Positions 40,615 to 50,651 of a stretch of DNA of 64,000 nucleotides are shown here, in pieces. The stretch lies in assembly GCA_963779755.1 (NCBI GenBank), contig CAVZZO010000001.1, forward strand, positions 1,696,001-1,760,000, read 5' to 3'. A program made the translations under genes and the position numbers. How positions within the stretch are numbered: position 1 is the stretch's first letter; the number at the start of each line of letters is the position of its first letter. Source of the stretch: an uncultured Gemmatimonadales bacterium (GTDB lineage: Bacteria > Gemmatimonadota > Gemmatimonadetes > Gemmatimonadales > GWC2-71-9). Below the pieces are notes generated by a model, which saw nothing but the letters and a program-made list of their open reading frames with translations, had not been told where the DNA came from and did no database searches.

Positions 40615-43600
40615 ATGCCGCCTGTCTCCGACCGCCGCAAGACCAAAGCCCAGTTGCTGGCCGAGCTGGACGAATTGCGTGAGCGCCTGGCGCGGCTGGA
40701 AGGCAACGGCACGGGGCGGGCGGAAAGTCCGCGCCCATCCTCCCGGCTGGCACAGGCCCTGCTTAATGCCGTGGGAGAGGCGGTCATCGCCACCGACGCC
40801 GAGGGGAAGATCCTCTACTGGAACCGGGCGGCGGAGGACCTGTATGGCTATGCCGCTACCGAGGTGATGGGCCGCCCGGTGCTGGAGGTGACCGTGCCGG
40901 CCGGCGACCAGGCGGAGGCGGCGGAGATCATGGGCCGGGCAACCCGGGCCGGCCCGTGGTCGGGGCAGTTCCAGGTGCGCCGGAAGGACGGCGCGCTCTT
41001 TCCCGCCTGGGTGAGCCTGGCGCCCTACCACGAAGGCGAACGGCTGGCCGGGTTCATCGGCATCTCCAGCGATATCTCGGAACGCACCCGGATGCAGGAG
41101 GAGCTGCGGAACAGCCGTCAGATCTACCGCGACTTTATCGCCCAGAGCCTGGAAGCAGTCTGGCGGTTCGAGATCTCCGAGCCGATTCCGGTAGACCTGC
41201 CTCCCGAGGAGCAGATCCGCCGTTTCTATGCCACCGCGCGTCTGGTCGAGTGCAACGACGCGATGGCACGGACCTTCGGCATTCCCGGTGCCGCCCAGCT
41301 GATCGGTACGCCGCCCGCCAGCTTGCTGAGCCCGGAGAATGCCCACAATCAGGCCGCGCTCCACGACTTCATTCAAGCGGGCCACCACCTGGAGAACCGG
41401 GAGTTCCGGCTGATCGAGCGCGACGGACGCCGGCGGTACTTCCTGGCCAACATGGTGGGGGTGGTGCACGGCGGCCGGCTGGAGCAGGTGTGGGGCACCC
41501 TGACCGAGATCACCCGGCGGCGGGCGGCCGAGCTGGCCGCCCGGGAGCGCGAGCGGGAGCTGCGGGCCATCACCAATGTGGTGCCCGCGCTCATTTCCCG
41601 GATGGACCGCGACCTCCGGCTCCGGTTCGTCAACACCACCTGGGAAACCTGGTGGGGCATCCCCGGCAGCGAGGCACTGGGGCAACCCATCGCCGAGATC
41701 ATGGGAGCGGAGCAGTTCCGCGAGGTGCGGGAGTACCTGCAGCGCGCCCTGGAGGGACAGGCCTCGACCTTCGAGATCCCCTTCCGCTTCGCCGACCGGG
41801 TACGCCAGATCCGGGCCTCCTGCCTTCCCGACAGGGACGATCGTGGCCGCGTGCTCGGCGTGGTCACCATGGTGACCGATTTGACCGAGCGGGTGATGGC
41901 CGAGCGCGCGCTGGAGGAGAGCGAGTTGCGCTACCGGCTCGCGGCCCTCGCCACCTCCGACACCATCTGGGACTGGAATCTTGCCACCGGCGCGATCGCC
42001 TGGTCGCCCGGCCTGGAGACCACCTTCGGTGGGCGAGCCGACCAGGTGGCGACTTTCGATGCCTGGGCCGGATTGATTCACCCGGACGACCAGGATCGGG
42101 TTTCGGGCAGCCTGCGGCGGTTGCTGGAGACGCGGGAGCAGACCTGGCGGGCGGAGTACCGGATGCGGCGGGGCGACGGCGGCTGGGCCGAAGTGCTGAA
42201 CCAGGCGTTCGTGGCCCACGATGAGGCCGGCCAGGCCGCCCGCGTGGTCGGCGCCATTACCGACTTCACCGAGCGCAACCGTGCCGAACGGGAACTACGG
42301 GCCAGTGAGACACGGTTTCGCCAGCTGGCCGATGCCATGCCCCAGATCGTCTGGAGCTCGCTCGCCGACGGCACGCTGGACTATTACAACCGGCGCTGGT
42401 ATGAAGCCACGGGCGCCACGCCGGACGAGATCGGCGACCAGAGCTGGCTGCCCGTGCTGCATCCGGACGACCGGCAGCGGACCCTGAACCGGTGGTATCA
42501 CTCCGTCCGCACCGGCCAGGAGTACGAAATCGAGTATCGTTTCCGCGACCCGGCCACCGGCGGCTACCGCTGGCACCTGGGGCGCGCGCTGCCTGCCCGC
42601 GACGAGCAGGGCCGCATCGTGCGCTGGTTCGGCAGCTCCACCGATATTCACGACCACAAGCAGGTGGAGGAGGCGCTCCGGGAAAGCGAGGGACAGCTGC
42701 GGCTGGCGCTCGATTCGACCGCCATGGGGCTGTGGGAGTTCGAAATCCCGACCGGGCGGGTGAAGTGGTCGGAAGGGGTCGAACCGCTCTACGGGATGGC
42801 GCCGGGCAGTTTCAGCGGGACCTACGAAGCCTTCCTGGACACCCTCCACCCCGATGATGCTCCGCGGGTGGTGGAAGCCGTCCGCCGCGCCATCGAGGAC
42901 AACGCCGAATACGACCTCGCCTTCCGGGTTCTCTGGCCCGACGGCAGCAGCCACTGGCTGATCGGGCGGGGCCAGGTCTTTCGCGACGCCGTGGGCCGCC
43001 CCCAGCGGATGCTCGGCATCACCATGGACATCACCGCCCGCAAGCGGGCCGAACAGCAGGTGCTGGCGGAGCACACCGTCACCCGCATCCTGGCGGAGAC
43101 GCCGGGCACCAAGGATCCGGTGCCGGCCGTCATGCGCGCGCTGGGTGAGCTGCTGGAGTACCGGGTGGCGGCGTTCTGGGTCCCGGCCGAGGGCGGCGAG
43201 TATCTCCGCTGCGCCGACGCGTGGTCCGATCCCGCGCGGCCGGCGCCGCAATACCTGGCCCTGACGCGAACGACCCTCTTCCGTACCGGTGACGGGTTGC
43301 CGGGACGGGTCTGGTCCGGCCGGAGCCCAGCCTGGATCGACCGGCTGGGGGAGGCGCCGGACCTGCCGCGTCGCGAGGCGGCCCGGGACGAGGGGCTGCG
43401 CTCCGCCGTCGCCTTCCCGGTGACAGTGGGCGAGGAATTCATCGGGGTACTCGAGTTCGTGGCCGGACGGCTGGAAGTGCTGGACGACTCCTACCGGCAC
43501 ATGGTGGACTCGGTCGCCAGCGAGTTGGGGCAGTTCATCGCCCGGCGCCGGGCGGAGCGGGCCTTGGCCGAGCAGGCCGCGCTGCTGGAGCTGAGCTATG

Positions 43601-46488
43601 ATGCCATCATTGTCTCCGACCTTGACGGCCGGGTCCAGTACTGGAACCATGGCGCCGAGCAGATGTACGGCTGGCCCCGGGGGGACGCCACCGGCCGCAT
43701 CGTGGCGGAGCTCCTGCATACGGAGCTCCCGGCCTCGCGCGAGGAGATCCAGGAGCAGCTCCGGCGGGAAGGCCGCTGGCACGGAGAGGTCGTCCGTACC
43801 CGGCAGAATGGGCGCCAGATCACCGTCGCCAGCCGCAGCTCGCTGTTACGCAACGATCTGGGCGAGCCCTATCGCATCCTGGAGATCAGCTCCGATCTCA
43901 CCGACCGGCTTCAGGCCATGGAGGCGCTACGGCAGAGCGAGGAGCGGTTCCGGGTGACGCTCAAGAGCAGCCCCATCATGGTGCTGCACCAGGACCGCGA
44001 GCTCCGCTACACCTGGGCGCACAATACCCACTCCACCTTTCCGCCCGAGCAGGTAGTGGGGCGCACCGACGATGAGTTGGTGCCCCCCGCGCTGGCGGAG
44101 CGGTTCCGACGGCTCAAGCGCGGCATTTTCGCCACCGGCGAAGGCACCCGCACCGAGGTCGATATGGAAATCGGGGGCGAGCCGCGAACCTGGGACGTGA
44201 CCATCGAGCCCTTGCGGAACGGCGAGGGCGCCATCACCGGGCTCACGACCGCCGCGGTGGATATCACCAGCCGGAAGTGGACCGAGCGCCGCGTGCTGGC
44301 GGAGCACGCGGTCAGCCGGATTCTGACCGAGGCGGCCACGACCGAGGAGGCGCTGCCCGCCATCGTCGAAGCTATCGCCCGGCACCTGGAGTTTGCGGCC
44401 GTGGAGCTCTGGCTTCCCTCCAAGGGCGATTCCTGCCTCCGGCTGGGAGCGCTGTGGACCCGGCCCGACAGCCGCTTCGACCAGTGGCGGGAGGCCGCGC
44501 TGGGCCAGACGTTCCGCGTCGGCGAAGGCGTGCCCGGCCGGGTCTGGGCCACCCGCGCGCCGGTGCTCGACCGAGATCTTGCCGACTCGGCCGATTTTCT
44601 GCGCCGCGAAGCCGGTGCAGCCGCCGGGCTCCGGGGCGGCCTCTGCGTGCCGCTGCTGGTGCCCGGCGGCGAAGGCCAGTCCGGGGTGCTGGGCGTGCTG
44701 GCCTGCTATTCCGGCCAGGTGGCCCGCCCCGACGATGCCCTCCTGCAGACCATTCTGGCGATCGCCGCCGAAATCGGCCAGTACGTGCGCCGCCGCCGGG
44801 CGGAGGACCAGCGGCGGGAGGCGGAACACCGGCTGCGCTTCCTGGCCGAAGCCAGCACCGTGCTGGCCAGCTCCCTGGAATACCAGCGGACGCTGACCCA
44901 CGTGGCACGCCTGGCCGTCCCCGTGCTGGCCGACTGGTGCGCCATCGATCTGGTCGAGGCCGACGGCAGCGTACGCCGGGTGGCGATCCACCATCAGAAC
45001 CCCGCGAAGGTAGAGCTGGCCCGGGAACTCATGCAGCGCTATCCGCCGGACCTCGACGCGCCGCGGGGGCTGGGGCAGGTGCTGCGCAGCGGCGAACCGG
45101 AGGTGGCAAGCGAGATTCCCCCTGCGCTGATCGAGGCTTCAGCGCCCGATGCCCGCTGGCTGGAGATCATTCGCGAGATCGGGCTGCGGTCGTTCATCAT
45201 CGTGCCCATGGTCATCCACGACCGGGTCCTTGGCGCCATCACCCTGGTGAGCGCGGAATCGGGGCGCCGATTCACCGGGGACGATCTCAGTCTGCCCCAG
45301 GACCTGGCCTACCGCGCCGCAGTCGCGGTCGACAATGCCAGACTCTTCCGGGAAGCCCAGGAAGCGGCGGAGCGCCGGGAGGAGATTCTCCGGCTGCTGG
45401 ATACGGTCCTGGCTGCGGCGCCCGTCGGGCTGGCGTTTCTGGACACCGAGCTGCGCTACGCCCGGATCAATACCGCCCTGGCGTCGCTCGACGGGATGAC
45501 GCCGGCGGAGATCGTCGGCCGCAGTCTCTTCGAGGTCATCCCCGACCTGGCCCCCGATCTGGCCCCCATCTTCCGCCGGGTGCTCGAAACCGGCGAGCCG
45601 GTGCTGGGGGTGGAAATGGCCTGGAACCCGCCCGGGCTCCCGGGGGAGACCCGCTACCGGCTGCAGAGCTTCTACCCGGTGGCGGGGGCGAATGGCCAGG
45701 TGGTCTGGGTGGGCACCGTGGTGGCGGACATCACCGAGCGCAAACAGGCGGAAGACGCGCTGCGCGACTTCGCCCGGCGTCTGGAACGCAGCAACCAGGA
45801 GCTGGAAAACTTCGCCTACATCGCGTCCCACGACCTGCAGGAGCCGCTCCGCATGGTGTCCAGCTATACCCAGCTGCTGGCGAAGCGCTACCGCGGTCGG
45901 CTGGACAGTGATGCAGACGACTTCATCAACTACGCCGTCGAGGGCGTGACCCGGATGCGGGCGCTCATCACCGATCTGCTGGCCGTGAGCCGGGTGGACA
46001 AGAAAGGTGCGGCCTTCCAGCCGACCGACTTCAATCAGGTGGTGGAGCGCGCGCAGGCGGTCCTCCATCCGGTGCTGGAGCAGGCCCGGGCCGAGCTCGT
46101 GGTGGGCGAGCTCCCCGCGCTGCCTGCGGATCAGAGCCAGATGCAGCAGGTCTTTCAGAACCTGCTCGGCAATGCGCTCAAGTTCCGCCGCCCCGATCGG
46201 GGCCTCCACATGGAGATCGGTGCGGAGCGGGAGGGCGAGGAATGGGTGTTCCGGGTGCGCGACAACGGCATCGGCATCGACCCGCAGCACCTGGAACGGA
46301 TTTTCATCATGTTCCAGCGGCTGCACACCCGGGCGGAATATCCCGGCACCGGGATCGGGCTTGCCATCGTCAAGAAGATCATCGAACGGCACGGCGGGCG
46401 AATCTGGGCGGAATCGAAGCCGGGCGAGGGGGCGACGTTTCTCTTTACGCTCCCGGTCAAGACGGAGAAAAGCGAAACCCCCGACTGA
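40615..46488 (+). CDS. Very large cytoplasmic multi-PAS/GAF sensor histidine kinase
   Basis: Many PAS/PAC repeats (IHPDD, DITERK) and three GAF domains; H-box ASHDLQEPLR, QNLLGNALKF, DNGIGI, GTGIGL. Confidence 0.94.
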   Translation: MPPVSDRRKTKAQLLAELDELRERLARLEGNGTGRAESPRPSSRLAQALLNAVGEAVIATDAEGKILYWNRAAEDLYGYAATEVMGRPVLEVTVPAGDQAEAAEIMGRATRAGPWSGQFQVRRKDGALFPAWVSLAPYHEGERLAGFIGISSDISERTRMQEELRNSRQIYRDFIAQSLEAVWRFEISEPIPVDLPPEEQIRRFYATARLVECNDAMARTFGIPGAAQLIGTPPASLLSPENAHNQAALHDFIQAGHHLENREFRLIERDGRRRYFLANMVGVVHGGRLEQVWGTLTEITRRRAAELAARERERELRAITNVVPALISRMDRDLRLRFVNTTWETWWGIPGSEALGQPIAEIMGAEQFREVREYLQRALEGQASTFEIPFRFADRVRQIRASCLPDRDDRGRVLGVVTMVTDLTERVMAERALEESELRYRLAALATSDTIWDWNLATGAIAWSPGLETTFGGRADQVATFDAWAGLIHPDDQDRVSGSLRRLLETREQTWRAEYRMRRGDGGWAEVLNQAFVAHDEAGQAARVVGAITDFTERNRAERELRASETRFRQLADAMPQIVWSSLADGTLDYYNRRWYEATGATPDEIGDQSWLPVLHPDDRQRTLNRWYHSVRTGQEYEIEYRFRDPATGGYRWHLGRALPARDEQGRIVRWFGSSTDIHDHKQVEEALRESEGQLRLALDSTAMGLWEFEIPTGRVKWSEGVEPLYGMAPGSFSGTYEAFLDTLHPDDAPRVVEAVRRAIEDNAEYDLAFRVLWPDGSSHWLIGRGQVFRDAVGRPQRMLGITMDITARKRAEQQVLAEHTVTRILAETPGTKDPVPAVMRALGELLEYRVAAFWVPAEGGEYLRCADAWSDPARPAPQYLALTRTTLFRTGDGLPGRVWSGRSPAWIDRLGEAPDLPRREAARDEGLRSAVAFPVTVGEEFIGVLEFVAGRLEVLDDSYRHMVDSVASELGQFIARRRAERALAEQAALLELSYDAIIVSDLDGRVQYWNHGAEQMYGWPRGDATGRIVAELLHTELPASREEIQEQLRREGRWHGEVVRTRQNGRQITVASRSSLLRNDLGEPYRILEISSDLTDRLQAMEALRQSEERFRVTLKSSPIMVLHQDRELRYTWAHNTHSTFPPEQVVGRTDDELVPPALAERFRRLKRGIFATGEGTRTEVDMEIGGEPRTWDVTIEPLRNGEGAITGLTTAAVDITSRKWTERRVLAEHAVSRILTEAATTEEALPAIVEAIARHLEFAAVELWLPSKGDSCLRLGALWTRPDSRFDQWREAALGQTFRVGEGVPGRVWATRAPVLDRDLADSADFLRREAGAAAGLRGGLCVPLLVPGGEGQSGVLGVLACYSGQVARPDDALLQTILAIAAEIGQYVRRRRAEDQRREAEHRLRFLAEASTVLASSLEYQRTLTHVARLAVPVLADWCAIDLVEADGSVRRVAIHHQNPAKVELARELMQRYPPDLDAPRGLGQVLRSGEPEVASEIPPALIEASAPDARWLEIIREIGLRSFIIVPMVIHDRVLGAITLVSAESGRRFTGDDLSLPQDLAYRAAVAVDNARLFREAQEAAERREEILRLLDTVLAAAPVGLAFLDTELRYARINTALASLDGMTPAEIVGRSLFEVIPDLAPDLAPIFRRVLETGEPVLGVEMAWNPPGLPGETRYRLQSFYPVAGANGQVVWVGTVVADITERKQAEDALRDFARRLERSNQELENFAYIASHDLQEPLRMVSSYTQLLAKRYRGRLDSDADDFINYAVEGVTRMRALITDLLAVSRVDKKGAAFQPTDFNQVVERAQAVLHPVLEQARAELVVGELPALPADQSQMQQVFQNLLGNALKFRRPDRGLHMEIGAEREGEEWVFRVRDNGIGIDPQHLERIFIMFQRLHTRAEYPGTGIGLAIVKKIIERHGGRIWAESKPGEGATFLFTLPVKTEKSETPD

Positions 46489-46495
46489 GGCGTAC

Positions 46496-46553
46496 GGCAA
46501 AGAGAGAAAAGGACTGAGAGAAACGCCCTTTCTCCCAGTCCTTTTCGTCTTTG
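46496..46553. repeat. Inverted repeat or terminator of the same 14-mer family as 33611-33692
   Basis: gaaaaggactgagagaaa-cgccc-tttctcccagtccttttc between convergent genes. Confidence 0.75.
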
Positions 46554-46565
46554 TTCCGCGCTCCG

Positions 46566-47852
46566 TTACTTGCGCTGCACGATCGGCACATAGGGTCGCT
46601 CGTCGTAGCCGGCGTAGATCTGCCGGGGCCGGGCGATCTTCTGTTCCTTGTCCAGCAGCATTTCCTCCCACTGCGCCAGCCAGCCGGGCGTGCGCCCGAT
46701 GGCGAACAGCACGGTGAAGTAGTCGCGCGGGTAGCCCATGGCCTGGTAGATCAGGCCGGAGTAGAAGTCCACGTTGGGGTAGAGCTTCCGGGAGACGAAA
46801 TAGTCGTCCTCCAGCGCGATGCGCTCCAGTTCCAGCGCGATCTCCAGCTTGGGATTGAGCCCCGTCTGCTCGAAGACGTCGTAGGCCACTTTCTTGATGA
46901 GCTTGGCGCGCGGATCGTACGATTTGTAGACCCGGTGGCCGAAGCCCATGAGCCGGCCTTCGCCCTTCTTCACCCGCTCGATGAACCCGGGAATGTTCTT
47001 CTTCTCGCCGACCTGGTCCAGCATGGCCAGCACGGCCTCGTTGGCGCCGCCGTGCAGCGGGCCGTACAGCGCGGCGATGCCGGCGGACACGGCGGAGAAG
47101 GGATCGACCTCCGAGCTGCCCACGCTGCGGACTGCGCTGGTAGAGCAGTTCTGCTCGTGATCGGCGTGCAGGATCAGCAGGATCTCCAGCGCCCGCTGCA
47201 GTACCGCGTTGGGCTCGTGCTTGCCGCCGATACTGAACGTCATGTTCACGAAGTTCCCGATGTAGCTCAGGTCGTTCCGCGGGAACTCGTAGGGCAGCCC
47301 CCGGCTGTGCCGGAAGGCGAACGCCGCGATGGTCGGCAGCTTGGCCAGCAGCCGGACCCGCTGGGTATAGCGGTTGGCCGGATCGCGGATGTACTTGGCG
47401 TCGGGATAGAAGGTGGACAGCGCGCCCACCGCGCCGAGCAGCATGCCCATGGGATGGGCGTCGTAACGGAACCCCTCGAGAAACTTGATGACGTTGGTAT
47501 GCACGTAGGTGTGATACCGGATGTCATTCTCCCACTTGGACAGCTGTTCCCGGTTGGGCAGTTCTCCTTCGCTCAGCAGGTAGGCGACTTCCAGGAACGA
47601 GGCTTTCTCGGCCAGCTGTTCGATCGGGTAGCCCCGGTAGCGGAGAATCCCGCGGTCGCCGTCGATGAAGGTGATGGCGCTCCGGCAGGAGGCCGTGTTC
47701 ATGTACGCCGGATCGTAGGTCATCAGGCCGAAATCTTCGGCCGAGGTCTTGATCTGGCGCAGGTCCATCGCCCGGATGGTCCCCTCGGAGACGGGGACTT
47801 CATAGTTTTTCCCGGTGCGATTGTCGGTGATGGTCAGTGTATCTTTGGGCAC
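46566..47852 (-). CDS. gltA: Citrate synthase
   Basis: TASCRSAITFIDGDRGILRYRGYPIE, HADHEQNCSTS, GPLHGGANE, MGFGHRVYK, YPNVDFYSG; GTG start. Confidence 0.96.
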   Translation of the reverse strand: MPKDTLTITDNRTGKNYEVPVSEGTIRAMDLRQIKTSAEDFGLMTYDPAYMNTASCRSAITFIDGDRGILRYRGYPIEQLAEKASFLEVAYLLSEGELPNREQLSKWENDIRYHTYVHTNVIKFLEGFRYDAHPMGMLLGAVGALSTFYPDAKYIRDPANRYTQRVRLLAKLPTIAAFAFRHSRGLPYEFPRNDLSYIGNFVNMTFSIGGKHEPNAVLQRALEILLILHADHEQNCSTSAVRSVGSSEVDPFSAVSAGIAALYGPLHGGANEAVLAMLDQVGEKKNIPGFIERVKKGEGRLMGFGHRVYKSYDPRAKLIKKVAYDVFEQTGLNPKLEIALELERIALEDDYFVSRKLYPNVDFYSGLIYQAMGYPRDYFTVLFAIGRTPGWLAQWEEMLLDKEQKIARPRQIYAGYDERPYVPIVQRK

Positions 47853-47936
47853 GGAAGATTCCCTTGCGGTGCGATGTGGCGGTTGCGAGGGGCGCAGGGA
47901 ACATAGCCCCACCTAGCCTCACACCAAAGTCCATCC

Positions 47937-48794
47937 ATGCCTGCTCCAGACCCCACACTCACCGAGCGCGCCGCCGGCGCGCTGCTGGGTCTCGCCGCCG
48001 CCGAGACCCGCGGCACCAGCCCGGCGGGGGAGCTCCCGCCCGAGACCGGCCTGGCCGCGCTCCAGGCCGAGGCGCTGCTCCAGCAGCCGCTGGAGCTGGA
48101 GCGTCTGGTGGGCCGCTGGATCGACTGGGCCCGGAGCGGGGGCGCGGGCCTGGATGCCTGGACCCGCAAGGCGCTGGAGCACATTGCGCTGCACCAGTCG
48201 CCGCCCGCCGCCCTGGCCGGCCCCGCAGGCAGCGCCGCGCTGGCCCGGACCGTGCCCGTCGCCCTGGCGGCGCGGGCAACCCCGGCCAATCTGCTGAGCG
48301 GCAGCTTTCACCTGGCGTGGCTGCTGCACCCCGACCCGCGCTGCGCCTGGGGCGCGGTGGCGGTCAACGTCGCCATCGCCCGGTTCCTGGCGGGGCGCCG
48401 CGACTTCCTCCCCGACGTCATCGAAGCGCTGCGGAATAACGACGCGCCGGCCGAGTTGCTCGAGGCCGTACGCCGGGTGCCGCTCAGGCGCCGGGAGGAG
48501 ATGGCCGGGCCGGCAGAACATCAGGAGCCGGTGGTGCGCTCCGTCGAGCTGACGCTCTGGCTGGCCTGGCACGAGCCCCGCTGGGAACGAGGCATGGAAT
48601 GGCTGAGCCAGACGCAGCCCGATGCCGCCAGGCACGCGCCGATCGCCGGCGCCGTGCTCGGCGCCCGCGACGGCGAACGGGCCATCCCCCCGGCCTGCGT
48701 CAATGGCATTCCGAAACTCGCCGACCTGCGCCGCCTGGCGCACCGTCTGGTGGGGGTGATAGAGAGTGAGCAGCCTGGCAGGTTGTCACCCTGA
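47937..48794 (+). CDS. ADP-ribosylglycohydrolase-fold protein lacking the usual metal-binding aspartates
   Basis: RAAGALLGLA, GSAALARTVP, LLHPDPRC, AGAVLGARDG..IP follow the ARH pattern; GDA, TDD and DTD motifs are absent. Confidence 0.7.
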   Translation: MPAPDPTLTERAAGALLGLAAAETRGTSPAGELPPETGLAALQAEALLQQPLELERLVGRWIDWARSGGAGLDAWTRKALEHIALHQSPPAALAGPAGSAALARTVPVALAARATPANLLSGSFHLAWLLHPDPRCAWGAVAVNVAIARFLAGRRDFLPDVIEALRNNDAPAELLEAVRRVPLRRREEMAGPAEHQEPVVRSVELTLWLAWHEPRWERGMEWLSQTQPDAARHAPIAGAVLGARDGERAIPPACVNGIPKLADLRRLAHRLVGVIESEQPGRLSP

Positions 48795-48865
48795 GCGCAG
48801 CGAAGGGGCCGAAACCGGCGGAAGGCTTCGGCCCCCCTCGGTCGCTGCGCTACCTCAGGGTGACA
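48784..48865. repeat. REP-like palindromic element (TGTCAYCCTGAGCGCAGCGAAG type)
   Basis: tgtcaccctgagcgcagcgaagggg ... cccctcggtcgctgcgctacctcagggtgaca. Confidence 0.75.
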
Positions 48866-48874
48866 GTTATCCCG

Positions 48875-48937
48875 CAGTCCGCAGTCCGCAGTCCTCAGTC
48901 CTCAGTCCTCAGTCCTCAGTCCTCAGTCCTCAGTCCC
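48875..48937. repeat. Heptamer tandem array CAGTCCN x9
   Basis: cagtccg x2, cagtcct x6, cagtccc. Confidence 0.95.
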
Positions 48938-49027
48938 TTCTCCTTTCTCTATTCTCTATCCGTTCCGCCCCGCTATCTTCCCCCGGTGGGACCCGCCCCA
49001 TCTCCCATCTCACCTTGAGGCACCATC

Positions 49028-50548
49028 ATGAGACGCTCCCTCGCGCTGCTCGTCTGCTGCGCCGTGGCCGCTCCCCTCTCTTCCCAGACCGTGGACACGA
49101 CCGGCGCCGGCGCACTCATCGGTCAGGCCATGGATCATTCCGAGGTCATGGCCAACCTGGAGCACCTGGCCGACGTGATCGGCCCCCGGCTCACCGGCTC
49201 GGCCGCCGCGCGCCGGGCCAACGACTGGACCATGCAGCGGTTCCAGGCCTATGGCCTGAAGGCGCACCTGGAACCCTGGACCTTCGGCGTCACCTGGGAG
49301 CGTGGACCGGTGGCGCTGCGGCTGACGGCCCCGTTCGACCGCATCATCGTGGGGCACAGCTGGGCCTGGACCGCGGGCACCAACGGGACCGTCGCCGGCC
49401 CCGTGATCCGCGCCGATATTTCCAGTCCCGAGAGCCTGGCGGTCTATCTACCCAAGGTGAAGGGGGCGTGGATTCTCCCCAACGAGCCCCGGCCCATTTT
49501 CAATCCGGACGGGCCGCCGCCCACCGCTGAGGACTCGGCGGCGATGCGGGAGGCCTTCCGGGCGCGCTTCCGTCGCCCCGCCGACACCACCGAGGCCGGG
49601 CGCAAGGCGCGGCAGCAGTTCATGATCGACCTGCCTTACAGGCTGAAGCAGGCCGGCGCGCTGGGCACGCTGACCGACGCGTCCAAGGAATACGGGCTCA
49701 TGAACATGAGCGGGTCGCCCTATCGGGTGTCGCCGCTACCCAACATCGTCATCGCGCATGAGGACTATGCCATGCTGTGGCGGGAGCTGGAGCAGGGCAT
49801 CGCGCCGCGCCTGGAAGGCAGTGTCCGGAACCGGTTCGGCCGCGAGGCGGCCACCCAGTGGAACACCGTCGCCGAGATTCCCGGGACGGAGCATCCCGGC
49901 CAGGTGGTGATTCTGGGCGGGCACCTCGACAGCTGGGACCTGGGCACCGGGACGACCGATAACGGCACCGGCAGCATGGCGGTGCTGGAGGCGGCCCGCA
50001 TCATCGCCCAGTCCGGACTCAAGCCGAAGCGCACCATCCGTTTCGTGCTCTTCACCGGCGAGGAGCAGGGCCTGTTGGGGTCAAAGGCCTATGCCGCCGC
50101 GCACCGCGGCGAGGCCGACAGCATCCAGGCCGTCCTGGTGCTGGACAACGGTACCGGCCGCATTCTGGGCCAGGCGCTGCAGGGTCGGGCCGATCTGGAG
50201 GGGTTGTGGAAGGACCTGCTGGTGCCGGTGGCCTCGCTCGGCGCCGACCGGGTGCGGGACGCCAACAAGGGCGGCACGGATCATCTCTCGTTCCTGCCCT
50301 ACGGCGTGCCCGGATTCAACTTCGACCAGGAATCCCGGGGCTACGGCCACACCCACCATTCGCAGATCGACACCTACGAGCACGCGGTGGGCGATGACCT
50401 GAAGCAGGCCTCGGCGGTCATGGCGGTCACGGCCTTCGAGCTGGCCAACCTGCCGTCCATGCTCCCGCGGGGCGAGACGTCGACCGTAACGCCGCCCGAG
50501 GTGGCGAAGCCGTCGGCCGGGCTGGAGAAGTACGAGGTGACGCGATAG
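49028..50548 (+). CDS. Secreted M28-family peptidase (carboxypeptidase Q-like)
   Basis: Signal peptide; IGPRLTGS, GGHLDSWD, GTTDNGTG, FTGEEQGLLGS, GTDH, HH..D. Confidence 0.92.
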   Translation: MRRSLALLVCCAVAAPLSSQTVDTTGAGALIGQAMDHSEVMANLEHLADVIGPRLTGSAAARRANDWTMQRFQAYGLKAHLEPWTFGVTWERGPVALRLTAPFDRIIVGHSWAWTAGTNGTVAGPVIRADISSPESLAVYLPKVKGAWILPNEPRPIFNPDGPPPTAEDSAAMREAFRARFRRPADTTEAGRKARQQFMIDLPYRLKQAGALGTLTDASKEYGLMNMSGSPYRVSPLPNIVIAHEDYAMLWRELEQGIAPRLEGSVRNRFGREAATQWNTVAEIPGTEHPGQVVILGGHLDSWDLGTGTTDNGTGSMAVLEAARIIAQSGLKPKRTIRFVLFTGEEQGLLGSKAYAAAHRGEADSIQAVLVLDNGTGRILGQALQGRADLEGLWKDLLVPVASLGADRVRDANKGGTDHLSFLPYGVPGFNFDQESRGYGHTHHSQIDTYEHAVGDDLKQASAVMAVTAFELANLPSMLPRGETSTVTPPEVAKPSAGLEKYEVTR

Positions 50549-50651
50549 GAGTCAGGGACAAGGAACAAGGGACAAGGAACAAGGGACCAGGAAAGAGATC
50601 CCTTGTCCCCTGTCCCTTCTCCCTGGTCCTATCCCCGGCTCCCCTGTTCCT
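50547..50651. repeat. Palindromic heptamer repeat (AGGRACA / TGTCCCY) between convergent genes, running into the 3' end of queF
   Basis: agggaca aggaaca agggaca aggaaca agggacc ... ttgtccc ctgtccc ttctccc tggtcct. Confidence 0.85.

Noticed and set aside
48875..48937. Tandem arrays here and at 63861-64000 as possible CRISPR arrays
   Set aside because: The units are 7-8 nt with no unique spacers, and no cas genes are present.
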